Positions 50,903 to 62,791 are shown, counted from the first letter of the stretch. The stretch: DNA of 64,000 bases from Candidatus Eiseniibacteriota bacterium (GCA_041483195.1 JBGPFC010000009.1:32001-96000); one strand, 5' to 3'. The notes: generated by a model not told the origin, from the sequence alone. Made by a program: numbers and translations.

Positions 50903-52158
50903 ACGGCGAGCGCCGGGGCGGCATCCTCCGCGCCAGCATCCGCGGCGCGCGCTTCGATCCAGGCGATGACATCGTCGGCGACGAATCGGAACCGCGTCGG
51001 AATGCGCAGTCCGCGGGCGGTGACCTCGAGACGCCCGACGCGGCAGGCATGCTCGAGCGCCACGCCGTACCGGCGCGTCACGGCGCGCCACGCGTCGGGT
51101 GCGTGATCGCGCGCTTCGATCCCGCACTCGAGGCGCAGGCCCAGCATCACGATCTCCTGCGCGATCGTGCGATCGCTCTCGGACTCGCGCTCCGCCTCGG
51201 GCCGCGTGCCGGATTCGAGCGCGTCCGCCCAGCGCTCGAGCGCGTAGTGGTTGCCGTAGCGGACGCCCCGCGCCATTCCGTGCGCGGAGGGACCGAGCGC
51301 CACGCAGGGACGCCGCAACCAGTACACCAGATTGTGACGGCATTCCGCCCCGGGCCGGGAGAAGTTCGACGTCTCGTAGCATGCGTAGCCGCGCGCGGCG
51401 AGCCGGGCGTCGAGCGCCGAGTACGAAGCGGCCTGCGCTTCGGGCGACGGCAGGGTGCGCGAGCCGCGCAGCACCTGGTTGCCGAGCGGCGTGCCCGCCT
51501 CGGGGATGAAGCAGTATGCGGAGAGATGTTCGGGTTCGAGCGCGAGCGCCGTCTCGACGGTGCGTTCCCAGCGTGCCGGCGAGTGATCGGGAAATCCGAA
51601 CATGAGATCGAGCGACAGCCGTCGGAACCCGTGCGCTCGCGCCAGCGCGAACGCCTCCGCCGGGCGGCCCGCGGAGTGAATCCGCCCCAGCGCCTCGAGC
51701 TCCTCCGGAACGAAACTCTGCGCACCCATCGAGAGACGGTTGACGCCGGCGCCGGCCCACGCCTCGAGCAGCGATTCCCGCACGGATTCGGGATTCGCCT
51801 CGAGCGTGATCTCTGCGTCGCGCTCGATGGTGAAATTCGCGCGCAGCGCGCCCGCGATCCGGACGAAGTGGCGGGCGGCGAGCGCGGACGGGGTGCCGCC
51901 GCCGAAGAAGACGGAGCTGAATCGCATGCCGGCGGCATCCGGGGCGCGCATCTCGATCTCGCGCTCGAGCGCATCGAGATACCGCGTGAGCGCGGCGGAC
52001 GACAGCGAGCCGCTCGAGAAGTCGCAATACGCGCAACGCGTCGCACAGAACGGAACGTGCACGTAGAGGCCGGTCCGGGCCGCCTCGCGCGCCGGCCTCC
52101 CCGGGCCGTGGCCGGCCGCGGGCCGCTTCAGCGGATGGGCTGGAGGAGACGGTTCCAT
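50899..52158 (-). CDS. hemW: Radical SAM heme chaperone HemW
   Basis: YVHVPFCATRCAYCDF, GGGTPS, EANPE, YETSNF, HNLVYW. Confidence 0.9.
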   Translation of the reverse strand: MEPSPPAHPLKRPAAGHGPGRPAREAARTGLYVHVPFCATRCAYCDFSSGSLSSAALTRYLDALEREIEMRAPDAAGMRFSSVFFGGGTPSALAARHFVRIAGALRANFTIERDAEITLEANPESVRESLLEAWAGAGVNRLSMGAQSFVPEELEALGRIHSAGRPAEAFALARAHGFRRLSLDLMFGFPDHSPARWERTVETALALEPEHLSAYCFIPEAGTPLGNQVLRGSRTLPSPEAQAASYSALDARLAARGYACYETSNFSRPGAECRHNLVYWLRRPCVALGPSAHGMARGVRYGNHYALERWADALESGTRPEAERESESDRTIAQEIVMLGLRLECGIEARDHAPDAWRAVTRRYGVALEHACRVGRLEVTARGLRIPTRFRFVADDVIAWIEARAADAGAEDAAPALAV

Positions 52159-52742
52159 CGAGGCCAGTTCCGGGTGGCGTCCCACGACCAGTAGATGAAC
52201 ATCGCGTGGCCCTTCACCAGGTCCATCTGGAGCGGACCCCAGTAGCGGCTGTCGTTCGAGTTGTCGCGGTTGTCGCCCATCATGAACAGCTCGCCGGCCG
52301 GAACCGTGTAGGGGCCGTAGTTGTCGCGAAACTCGAAGCCCGCCGGACGCACGGTGGGATCGGTGTGGATGGTGTACGGCTCGTTCAGCTTCTCGCCGTC
52401 CACCGCGACCTGCTTGTCGACGACTTGGAGAGTTTGATTGCCGGTCGCGATGCAGCGCTTGATGAAGTCCTTGCTCGGATCCTGCGGAAACTGGAAGACG
52501 ATGACGTCGCCCCGATGCGGCGCGCGCAGCCCCGGCAGCCGGACATGCGTGAAGGGGATCTTGGGCCCGAACTCGAACTTGTTCACGAACAGGAAATCGC
52601 CGACCAGCAGCGTGTCGCGCATGGACTCCGACGGGATTCGAAACGCCTGGATCACGAACGCTCGGAGGAACAGCGTGAGCACGAGCGCCCACAGCCCGGC
52701 CTCGACGTACTCGCGCAGGATGGAACGGGATTTCGACGCCAT
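52128..52742 (-). CDS. lepB: Signal peptidase I
   Basis: IPSESM, FIKR, GDNRDNSNDSRYWG. Confidence 0.95.
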   Translation of the reverse strand: MASKSRSILREYVEAGLWALVLTLFLRAFVIQAFRIPSESMRDTLLVGDFLFVNKFEFGPKIPFTHVRLPGLRAPHRGDVIVFQFPQDPSKDFIKRCIATGNQTLQVVDKQVAVDGEKLNEPYTIHTDPTVRPAGFEFRDNYGPYTVPAGELFMMGDNRDNSNDSRYWGPLQMDLVKGHAMFIYWSWDATRNWPRWNRLLQPIR

Positions 52743-52751
52743 GGGTCTCCT

Positions 52752-54560
52752 CTATCGCTCGACCTTGAGCACCGCCAGGAACGCTTCCTGGGGCACTTCG
52801 ACCGTGCCGATCTGCTTCATGCGGCGCTTGCCCTCTTTTTGTTTCTCGAGCAGCTTGCGCTTGCGGGTGATGTCGCCTCCGTAGCACTTGGCGGTGACGT
52901 TCTTCCGGATGGCGCCCTGGGTCTCGCGCGCGATGATCTTGCTTCCGATCGCCGCCTGGATCGCCACCTGGAACATCTGTTTCGGAATCAGCTCCTTGAG
53001 CTTGGCGCACAGGTCGCTGCCCCAGGCGTACGCCTTGTCGCGATGGACGATGGTGGAAAGCGCGTCGACCGATTCGCCGTTCAGCAGGATGTCGATCTTC
53101 ACCATCTCGCCCTCGCGGTATCCGTCGAATTCGTAGTCGAGCGACGCGTACCCGCGCGACACCGACTTGAGGCGATCGTAGTAGTCGAGCACGATCTCGC
53201 CCAGCGGCAGGCGGTAGGCGACGCGGGCCCGCTTTTCCTCGAGATAGTCCAGGCTCACGTAGATGCCGCGCCGCTCCTGGCAGAGCTTCATGATGTTCCC
53301 CAGGTACTCGGCCGGCGTGAGCACGTGCGCGAGCACGTATGGCTCCTCGATCGCCGCGATCAGATTCGCGGCCGGCATCTGGCTGGGGTTGTCGACCGTG
53401 ACCAGCTCGCCGCTCTCGAGCAGCACGTGATACTCCACGCTCGGGGTGGTCGCGATCAGGTCGATCTGGTACTCGCGCCGCAGGCGCTCCTGGACGATCT
53501 CCATGTGGAGCAGCCCGAGGAAGCCGCAGCGGAACCCGAAGCCGAGCGCGACCGAAGTCTCCGGCTCGTAGATGAGAGCGGCGTCGTTGAGCACCAGCTT
53601 GCCGAGTGCCTCCTTGAGCGGCTCGTATTGCTCGGCTTCGATCGGGTAGAGTCCCGAGAACACCATCGGCTTCACTTCGCGGAACCCGGGGAGTGCCTCG
53701 ATGCCTTCGGCGTCGGCGCCCCGCACCGTGTCGCCCACGCGCGCGTCGGCCACGCTCTTCACCCCGGCCACGATGTACCCCACCTGCCCGGCGTGCAGCG
53801 TCTCGACCGGATCGAGCTTCAGGCGCAGGCGTCCCACCTCGGTCACCTCGTACCGCTTGCCAGTCGAGAGGAAGCGCACCGCGTCACCCGCCCGCACCGC
53901 GCCGTCCACCACGCGCACCAGCGCGACGACGCCGCGGTACTGATCGAACTTGGAATCGAAGATGAGCGCGCGCAGCGCGCCGTCCAGGTTTCCGTCCGGA
54001 GGCGGGATGTCGGCGATGACCTGCTCGAGCAGCTCCCCGACCCCGAGCCCGGTCTTGGCGCTGATGCGCAGCACGTGCTCGGCCGGAATGCCGGTGACGT
54101 GTTCGATCTCCAGCGCCACGTCGTCGGGACGCGCGACCGGCAGGTCGACCTTGTTGATCGCGCCCACCACCGCGAGCCCCTGCTCGCGCGCCAGGAGGTA
54201 GTTCGATAGCGTCTGGGCCTCGATGCCCTGCGAGGCGTCCACCACCAGGATGGCGCCCTCGCACGCGGCCAGGCTGCGCGACACTTCGTACGTGAAGTCG
54301 ACGTGCCCCGGGGTGTCGATCAGATTGAGCTGGTAGGTGCGCCCATCTCGCGCCGGATACTCCATCGCGATCGCGTGCGACTTGATGGTGATCCCGCGCT
54401 CCCGCTCGAGGTCCATGTCGTCGAGCACCTGCGCCTTCATCTGTTGCGGGGTCAGCGTGTGGGTGAGCTCGAGCAGGCGGTCCGCGAGCGTGCTCTTCCC
54501 GTGATCGATGTGCGCCACGATGCAGAAGTTGCGGATCAGGGAGAGGCGCGGGTCCTTCAC
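52752..54560 (-). CDS. lepA: Elongation factor 4
   Basis: [34 protein letters not shown] 54560. Confidence 0.97.
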   Translation of the reverse strand: MKDPRLSLIRNFCIVAHIDHGKSTLADRLLELTHTLTPQQMKAQVLDDMDLERERGITIKSHAIAMEYPARDGRTYQLNLIDTPGHVDFTYEVSRSLAACEGAILVVDASQGIEAQTLSNYLLAREQGLAVVGAINKVDLPVARPDDVALEIEHVTGIPAEHVLRISAKTGLGVGELLEQVIADIPPPDGNLDGALRALIFDSKFDQYRGVVALVRVVDGAVRAGDAVRFLSTGKRYEVTEVGRLRLKLDPVETLHAGQVGYIVAGVKSVADARVGDTVRGADAEGIEALPGFREVKPMVFSGLYPIEAEQYEPLKEALGKLVLNDAALIYEPETSVALGFGFRCGFLGLLHMEIVQERLRREYQIDLIATTPSVEYHVLLESGELVTVDNPSQMPAANLIAAIEEPYVLAHVLTPAEYLGNIMKLCQERRGIYVSLDYLEEKRARVAYRLPLGEIVLDYYDRLKSVSRGYASLDYEFDGYREGEMVKIDILLNGESVDALSTIVHRDKAYAWGSDLCAKLKELIPKQMFQVAIQAAIGSKIIARETQGAIRKNVTAKCYGGDITRKRKLLEKQKEGKRRMKQIGTVEVPQEAFLAVLKVER

Positions 54561-55165
54561 CAGCGGAACTCCAGGTTCAATCGCACGGCGTTCACCCCGG
54601 CGCCGCCCTCGGGCAGCGCGGGATCGTGCTCGAACTCGATCCTGAAATTGCGGAAGTGGGCGTCCACGTACGCGTCGAGCAGGGAATAGATGAGCACGCC
54701 CGCCACCATCCACTCGCGGGCGGTGAGCTGGTTGAGCCGGTCGTTGTACGCGGTGACCGCCGTGGCCTCGCGCTGCTCGTCGAGCGCGCGGCGCGCGGAT
54801 TCGACGTCACGATTGAGCCGCCCCAGCGCGCGCTCGTCGTCCAGCATGCGGAGCCCCAGCGCCCCCTCCCCTCCCGCGACCGCGAGCGCCTTGAGCCACG
54901 CGCGATTATGCAGCTGCCCCCAGCCCGGAAACGCCAGCGAGCGCAGCATCACCCAGCGGGGCTGATCGAACCGCGAGCTTCGCGGCATCGCGGGCGCCTG
55001 CGATCCGGACCGCGGCGCCGGGGTCGGCCCGAGCCTCCGCGGGATCTCGATCACGCGGGCGTCCCTCCCGGCGAGGCTGTCGGCCATCGCGCTGTCGGGC
55101 GGCGCGGTGGATGGGGCGGGTTGTGCCAGCGCCCCGGACGCCGCGCACGCCGCGATCATGACCAT
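54557..55165 (-). CDS. DUF5683-like envelope protein
   Basis: [26 protein letters not shown]-terminal beta-strand ending in W; start uncertain. Confidence 0.65.
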   Translation of the reverse strand: MVMIAACAASGALAQPAPSTAPPDSAMADSLAGRDARVIEIPRRLGPTPAPRSGSQAPAMPRSSRFDQPRWVMLRSLAFPGWGQLHNRAWLKALAVAGGEGALGLRMLDDERALGRLNRDVESARRALDEQREATAVTAYNDRLNQLTAREWMVAGVLIYSLLDAYVDAHFRNFRIEFEHDPALPEGGAGVNAVRLNLEFRW

Positions 55166-55186
55166 GGCGAGCGATCGCGGCAGGTT

Positions 55187-55284
55187 TGGCGGGAACGCGT
55201 GGGAATCGAACCCACCTCGGGCGCTCTGAACGCCCGACCGCAGGATTTGAAGTCCCCGGGGACCACCAGATCCCATTCGTTCCC
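55187..55284 (-). tRNA. selC: tRNA-Sec(UCA)
   Basis: 98 nt; 6-bp D stem with TGGT loop, CTTCAAA anticodon loop, long variable arm, GCCA end; next to selD. Confidence 0.92.
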
Positions 55285-55554
55285 CCCCATCACACATGTG
55301 CCTCCAAGCATACCCGCCGGGTGGCGTCATTCGGAGGGCGCGCCGGCTCGATCGAGGCGGCCGCGGTGCCCTCGCCCCCGGACGTCCCCGCCGGGCTCGG
55401 GCGTTTCAGGGACCGGAGCATGGGCCTCGTGAACACGAGACCCCCTCGCCGGCCAGGGCCGACACCACGCGACCCAGATTACTACCAGAGCCACCGTGCC
55501 CCCGCCACCACCGCAGGCGGGAGGACGTCATGCCCGTGGCCCGCGCACGGCGCC

Positions 55555-56610
55555 TCACGCGCGCTTCAGCTCGATCGCGCTCGCGCCGCGTCTCGACACC
55601 TCGCCCAGCTCCCTCACCCACACGCGCCTCCGTCTCAGCGCCTCGAGCAGCGCTGCGAGCCGGCGCCGCGGCACCGCGAGCAGGAGCCCGCCCGAGGTCT
55701 GCGGATCGTAGAGCGCTCGAATCAGGGGCTCCGCGAGATCGCCGTGCCCGACATCCCGCGCGTAGTAATCCCGGTTCCTGTCGAGGCCTCCCGGATAGAC
55801 GCCGGCGGCCGCGAACTCGAGCACCCGGGGCAGCAGCCAGTTCCCGTGCGGACGCAGGTGAAAGCTCACGCCGCTCGCCATCGCCATCTGCTGCGCATGT
55901 CCGATCAGGCCGTAGCCGGTGACGTCGGTGGCCGCGCGCGCGCCGAACTCCACTGCGGCCTCGGCCGCCACCCGATTCAGCACGGTCATCTGCCGGCTCA
56001 CTCGCCGCGCGAGCGCTGCATCGAGCAGGCCCTGCTTGAGCGCCGTGGACAGCACTCCGGTTCCGAGCGGCTTCGTGAGCAGCAGGCGGTCGCCGGGCCG
56101 CGCGCCGGCGTTGGTGAGCAGCCGCCGCCGCTTCACGACGCCGGTCACCGCGTAGCCGAACTTGAGCTCGGGATCGCGAACCGAGTGGCCGCCGATCACG
56201 CTCGCTCCGGCCTCTCGCATCTTGTCCTGACCGCCGCGCAGGATCTCGGCAACGATCGTCCGCGGCAGGTCGTCCGGCAGGCACAGCACGCCGAGCGCCG
56301 TGAGCGGGCGGCCGCCCATCGCGTACACGTCGGAGAGCGCGTTGGCCGCCGCGACCTGGCCGAAGGCGTAGGGATCGTCCACCACCGGCGTGAAGAAATC
56401 GATGGTCTGCACCAGGGCTTCGCCCCGGCCGTGAGCGAATACGCCCGCGTCGTCGAGGGAAGACTGGTCCACCAGCACGCGCCGATCGCGCCGCGCGTCT
56501 GCCAGCCCTTGAAGCGCCGTGCGCAGGTCCTCCGGACCCAGTTTGGAAGCTCAACCCGCACATGCCACGTGCGCCGTGAGCCTCACCTCGATGCGACGCC
56601 GTTCGGTCAC
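55555..56610 (-). CDS. selD: Selenophosphate synthetase, selenoprotein form (in-frame UGA at 56551-56553)
   Basis: Read-through gives RLTAHVACAG-U-ASKLGP in frame with DDAGV, QTIDFFTP, ANALSDVYAMGG, DPQTSGGLL. Confidence 0.92.
56524..56541 (-). promoter_or_regulatory. Putative bacterial SECIS hairpin
   Basis: GGGTCC-GGA-GGACCT stem starting 11 nt after the UGA, with a G-rich apical loop. Confidence 0.7.
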
Positions 56611-56665
56611 CGGATCGAATTCCGAGGCGGGGCGGCGTCGAAGGCGGGTTCGGCCTGGACGAGAA

Positions 56666-57067
56666 TCAGAGGTCCCTTCCGGTTGCAATCGCGTCGATCT
56701 CGACGCGCGCGCCGCGTGGGAGTCCGGCCGCCGCGATGGTGGTGCGTGCCGGGGGCGCGCTCGGGAAATGCCGGGCGTACACCTCGTTCATGGCCTGAAA
56801 TTCCTTCATGTCGGCCAGGTACACCGTGGTCTTCACCACGTCGGCGAGCGTGAGTCCCGCGCCCGCGAGCACCGCGGCCAGATTCGCGAGCACCTGCTCG
56901 GTCTGCGCCCCGACGTCCGCCCCTTTGAGCTCACCGGTCGCGGGGTCGAGTGCCACCTGCCCGGCGGTGAAGACCAGCCGCTGTCCGCCGTGCATGCGTA
57001 CCACCTGCGCCTGGCTGTAAGGGCCGATCGCCCGGGGCGCGCCGTTCACGTTGAGCGGTGATTTCAT
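56666..57067 (-). CDS. ridA: RidA family enamine/imine deaminase
   Basis: APRAIGPYSQA, GQVALDP, PPART, VEIDAIA. Confidence 0.9.
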   Translation of the reverse strand: MKSPLNVNGAPRAIGPYSQAQVVRMHGGQRLVFTAGQVALDPATGELKGADVGAQTEQVLANLAAVLAGAGLTLADVVKTTVYLADMKEFQAMNEVYARHFPSAPPARTTIAAAGLPRGARVEIDAIATGRDL

Positions 57068-57086
57068 GTCTGGCCTCCGGCGCCCG

Positions 57087-58919
<1,833 letters not shown>

Positions 58920-58921
58920 GA

Positions 58922-60289
58922 TCAGACTTCCTTCCCGCCCGCGGGCGCGAGCGCCGCGCGGGCTTCGTCGATGAGCGATCGCGTGCGCGCCTCCGAAGGC
59001 GACTCCGCGATCAGGCGCACGACCGGCTCCGTCCCGGACGCGCGCACGTGCACCCATTCGTCCTGGCGGCTGAAACGCAGGCCATCGGCGGTGTCGATGG
59101 CGTGCCCGGCGAATCGCTGGCGCAGCCGCGACGCCGTGACCTCCCACGGCTCTTCGGGACGCGCGGCCTTCTGCTTGATCATGCTGGTGCGAGGCAGCTC
59201 GTCCGCGAGCGCGCGCAGCGTGCCGCCGGAGGCCGCGAGCGCCTGCGCGACCAGCGCGACCGCGACCAGTCCATCGCGCCCGTAGTGCGCGGCGGGGACG
59301 ATCATCCCGCCATTGCCTTCGCCGCCCGCGACCGCGCCGCGAGCGCGCATTTCGGTCACCACATGAGCCTCGCCCACCGGGGAGCGGTAGAGCGGAACGC
59401 GGAATCGCGCACAAACAGCGTCCACTATAAGAGAGGTGGAGAGGTTTGTCACCACGGGGCCGCGGCGCCTGGCCAGCACCACCGCGGTGCCGAGCGCGAG
59501 CGTGTATTCCTCGCCGAGGGGGACGCCGAGCGCGTCCACGAAAGCCGCCCGGTCGGAATCCGGATCGAGTGCGACGCCGAAGTCCGCGCCATGCAGCTTC
59601 ACCGCTTGCGACAGGGCGCCCAGGTGTTCGGGAAGCGGCTCGAGCTCGCGGGTGAATCGGCCATTGGGGACGCAATCGAGCGCGATGACTTCGGCCCCGA
59701 GCCCAGTGAGCAGACGTGGCACCGCGACGCCGCCCACGCTCGCACAACCGTCCACCACGACGCGCAGCCGCCGGGCGCGGATCGCGGAGGGGTCCACGAA
59801 CTCGAGCCCGAGGATGCGCTCGAGATGCCATTCGAGCGCCCCACCTTCCTGGCGCTCCGCGCCGAGCCGGTCGAAGGACTCCCAGAGCGTCGCGCCCGTC
59901 TCGTAGCGCTCACGCACTCCGCGCCCCGCCTCGGCGTCGAGAAACTCGCCGCGCGACGAGAGGAACTTGAGCGCGTTCCAGGGCGCGGGATTGTGGCTGG
60001 CGGTGAGGATGATGCCGCCCGCGGCGCGGAGATGTTCGACCGCGAGCTGCGTCGTGGGGGTGGTCGCGAGTCCGAGGTCGATGACGTCGCGACCCGCCGC
60101 CATGAGGCCGGCTGCGACCGCGCGATGCACCATCGGCCCCGAAGCGCGGGCGTCGCGTCCCACCACCACCTCGCCCGGGCCCAGCGCTCGCGCGAAGGCC
60201 GCCGCGAAACCCGACAGCACCGGTGGAGTCAGCGACTCCCCGACGATGCCGCGCACCCCCGCGACGCTGATCATGAGCGGAGCGATCAT
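58922..60289 (-). CDS. glmM: Phosphoglucosamine mutase / phosphohexomutase
   Basis: TASHNP, DPDSDR, GEGNGG, RASGTEP; upstream of glmS. Confidence 0.85.
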   Translation of the reverse strand: MIAPLMISVAGVRGIVGESLTPPVLSGFAAAFARALGPGEVVVGRDARASGPMVHRAVAAGLMAAGRDVIDLGLATTPTTQLAVEHLRAAGGIILTASHNPAPWNALKFLSSRGEFLDAEAGRGVRERYETGATLWESFDRLGAERQEGGALEWHLERILGLEFVDPSAIRARRLRVVVDGCASVGGVAVPRLLTGLGAEVIALDCVPNGRFTRELEPLPEHLGALSQAVKLHGADFGVALDPDSDRAAFVDALGVPLGEEYTLALGTAVVLARRRGPVVTNLSTSLIVDAVCARFRVPLYRSPVGEAHVVTEMRARGAVAGGEGNGGMIVPAAHYGRDGLVAVALVAQALAASGGTLRALADELPRTSMIKQKAARPEEPWEVTASRLRQRFAGHAIDTADGLRFSRQDEWVHVRASGTEPVVRLIAESPSEARTRSLIDEARAALAPAGGKEV

Positions 60290-60405
60290 GAGATCGGTCT
60301 CGGCACTCCTCCCGAAGCGTTCCTGACGCGCGATGGGCCGATGGCCCGGGGTCGCCGGCATCGGCCCGTGACGTCCGGCCCCGCGGGCCGGACCACCTTG
60401 GAGAA

Positions 60406-60481
60406 TGGAGCTGGTGACCGGAATCGAACCGGTGACCCCTTCATTACGAGTGAAGTGCTCTACCAGCTGAGCTACACCAGC
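60406..60481 (-). tRNA. tRNA-Thr(CGT)
   Basis: 76-nt cloverleaf; CTTCA-CTCGTAA-TGAAG; encoded CCA. Confidence 0.94.
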
Positions 60482-60554
60482 TCTTCAGGAGCGGGGCGGG
60501 GGTGAGCCGCGCCGGTTACGGTGTTCGCGGTGCGCCGCCCGCCCCGCAAGACAA

Positions 60555-60630
60555 TGGTGCGACCCCCCAGAATCGAACTGGGGACACCCGCATTTTCAGT
60601 GCGGTGCTCTACCAACTGAGCTAGGGTCGC
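60555..60630 (-). tRNA. tRNA-Phe(GAA)
   Basis: 76-nt cloverleaf; CCGCA-CTGAAAA-TGCGG; encoded CCA. Confidence 0.95.
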
Positions 60631-60823
60631 GCAGTTCCGGATGGCCCGCGCAGACGTGGGCCTTCGTGGCGCGGGACAAGTATCACGCGCGCAGAATAGG
60701 CGTCAACCGCGTGCGGCGCGCGGCCCGGCGGCACGGAATGGGCGCCGTTCGCGCCACGGATTCCTCCGCGCGCGACGCGACGCGGGCGGCGTGGCGTGGC
60801 GCCGAGGCCGGGCTCCCCGCCCC

Positions 60824-62725
60824 TCACTGCAGCGTGGCCTGCCCGCGGCGGTCCGGCCGCCGGTCGCGGCGATCCCCGCCCGCGCGGCGCCGATCCTGAT
60901 TCTCGCGCACCGGCAGGGTGAGTGAGAACACCGTATTCCACTCGCCCTCGCTTCGCAGCCGGATCTCGCCGCCGTGCTCGCGCACCAGCTGCTGCGCCAC
61001 ACCGAGCCCGACGCCATCCGCGCCCGGGCGGGCGCTCGCGAACGGGACGAACAACTCCTCGAGCAACTCGCCGGGATGCCGCGGGCCGTCGTGCGCGACA
61101 TCGAGCACGACGAACTGCCCGGCCCTGCGAGATTCGACGCGGATCCGCCCTCCCACGGCGACGGCATCGAGCGCGTTGGAGAAGATGTTGTTGAGGACGC
61201 GCTGGACCCGCGCACGATCGAGCAGCAGCGGCGGCACATCGGGCGCGAGCTTCTTGAGGAGCCGGATGCGCCGCCGCACCAGCGTCTCCCCACACTGCTG
61301 CAGGGATTCCTGCACCAGCGCGTTCAGGCTGTCGAGCTGGAGCCGTGGCGGTTCCGCCGCCGCGAGCTCCAGCTGGCCGGACACCATCCGCTCGAGCCGG
61401 TCCGCCTCGCGCATGACGATCTCGAGATACTCGCGGTGCGGGTCGCTGCCCGCCAACTCGCGGTGGACGCGGCGCGCGAACGCGCCGATCGAAGCCAGCG
61501 GGTTGCGGGCCTCCTGCGCGACGCGTCTGGCCATCTCGCCCAGCGTGGCCAGTCGTTCCTGCCGGCGGATCCGTGCGCGCAGCTCGCGCTGCTGTTGCTC
61601 GGCGACACGCAGCGTCTCGAAGCGCTGCGCCTGATCGACGACCAGTGCCGTGAGATCGCAGAGGGTGTTGAGGAACGCGTGATCGATGCGGTCGAACGCC
61701 GGCGGCTCAGCCGGGTGGAGCACGGTGCGATCGTAGACGGCGAACGCTCCCAGCGTCCGTCCGTACGCCACGAACGGCAGCAGCGCCACCGCCGAAAGCG
61801 TCCCGGCCACCTCGCCAGCGATTTCGGGAGCGTCCGCCGCGCACTCGATGGTGCGCGCCTTTCCGCTCGCGACCACCGATTCCGCGATCGGTTGCAGCGC
61901 GCGGCCGAGCGTTTCGCGCCCGCCGGGGGCGCCGTGTGTCACCTCGAGCCGCAACGCACCGCCCGGTTGCGCGAGCCACAGGGCGCCGCCGCGCGCCGCG
62001 ACTCCCTGGGTCGCGAGCCGCAGCGCGAGGCGCAGCGCCTCCGCGAGGTTGAGCGCCGAGACGCCGGCTCTGACCAGCTCACCGATCGCAGCGTCGTGTT
62101 GCGCGCGGCGCCTCGAATCGCCGCCGCGCGCGAGCGCGTCGGCACCGGCCTCCGCGAGCTGCCGCAGCTCATCGAGCGCGAATTGGCGGGTGTCGGTGCG
62201 CTCCGGATCATCCCACGCTCCCACCAGCAGCGCGTAGGGCCGGCCGGCGCGATACAGCACCGCCGCCCCCAGATCGCTTCCGTGCCACGGCAGCTCGGCA
62301 TGGTCGCCCGGGCCGAGCGCCGTGCCGCCCCGGGTCCACGCCGCGGCGGGGACTCCCTGCAGCGCGGCGGGCGCGATCGAGAAGGCCCGCCACCGCGAGC
62401 TGAACTCCACCGCCTCGGGTCTCGAGCCCGCCCGCCGCAGCTCGAGCAGTGCCGGCGCGAGGGGAAGCGCGGGGGTGATCTCCCTCGCCCAGCGCCAGCC
62501 CTCGAGACGATCGCTCGCCGCGTTCCAGAGCATCAGGTACGCGCGGCTGAATCCAGCGCCGGCGGGGTGTACCGCGATCGCGAGCAGCGCCTGCTCCAGC
62601 TCGTCGAGGTCCTGCACGCGTTCGAGCAGACGCAGCAGTTCGAGACCATGCGTCAGGCGTTCGCTGCCCCCGGCATCGACCCGCGCGCATGCGGATCTCG
62701 AGCTCGCGGGCATACGGATGTCCAT
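60824..62725 (-). CDS. GAF-domain NtrB-like histidine-kinase homolog with degenerate catalytic motifs
   Basis: GAF-like regions, HisKA-like LGEMARRVAQEARNPL, N-box NIFSNALDA, HATPase-like C-terminus; ATG 62725 with GGGAGAG. Confidence 0.82.
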   Translation of the reverse strand: MDIRMPASSRSACARVDAGGSERLTHGLELLRLLERVQDLDELEQALLAIAVHPAGAGFSRAYLMLWNAASDRLEGWRWAREITPALPLAPALLELRRAGSRPEAVEFSSRWRAFSIAPAALQGVPAAAWTRGGTALGPGDHAELPWHGSDLGAAVLYRAGRPYALLVGAWDDPERTDTRQFALDELRQLAEAGADALARGGDSRRRAQHDAAIGELVRAGVSALNLAEALRLALRLATQGVAARGGALWLAQPGGALRLEVTHGAPGGRETLGRALQPIAESVVASGKARTIECAADAPEIAGEVAGTLSAVALLPFVAYGRTLGAFAVYDRTVLHPAEPPAFDRIDHAFLNTLCDLTALVVDQAQRFETLRVAEQQQRELRARIRRQERLATLGEMARRVAQEARNPLASIGAFARRVHRELAGSDPHREYLEIVMREADRLERMVSGQLELAAAEPPRLQLDSLNALVQESLQQCGETLVRRRIRLLKKLAPDVPPLLLDRARVQRVLNNIFSNALDAVAVGGRIRVESRRAGQFVVLDVAHDGPRHPGELLEELFVPFASARPGADGVGLGVAQQLVREHGGEIRLRSEGEWNTVFSLTLPVRENQDRRRAGGDRRDRRPDRRGQATLQ

Positions 62726-62775
62726 GCGCTCTCCCGAAGAAGTATGGATTGAGGCCGGCCCCCGACCCATTGCAG

Positions 62776-62791
62776 CGCAATGGACATGCCA
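62776..62791 (-). promoter_or_regulatory. Putative sigma54 (-24/-12) promoter
   Basis: TGGCAT-GTCCA-TTGCG, i.e. GG-N10-GC, about 50 nt upstream of the kinase-like gene. Confidence 0.6.

Noticed and set aside
55406..55557. Possible small ORF (55406-55531) or second UGA read-through after the selD stop
   Set aside because: No SD, no recognisable protein motif and no convincing SECIS; an RNA structure explains the region better
60290..60405. Hairpins upstream of glmM-glmS considered as a glmS ribozyme
   Set aside because: The conserved core (AGCGCC...GACGAGG) is not seen, and glmS starts 2 nt after glmM
60487..60550. Long GC hairpin between tRNA-Phe and tRNA-Thr
   Set aside because: Likely an ordinary tRNA spacer structure; no second copy noticed and no U-tract
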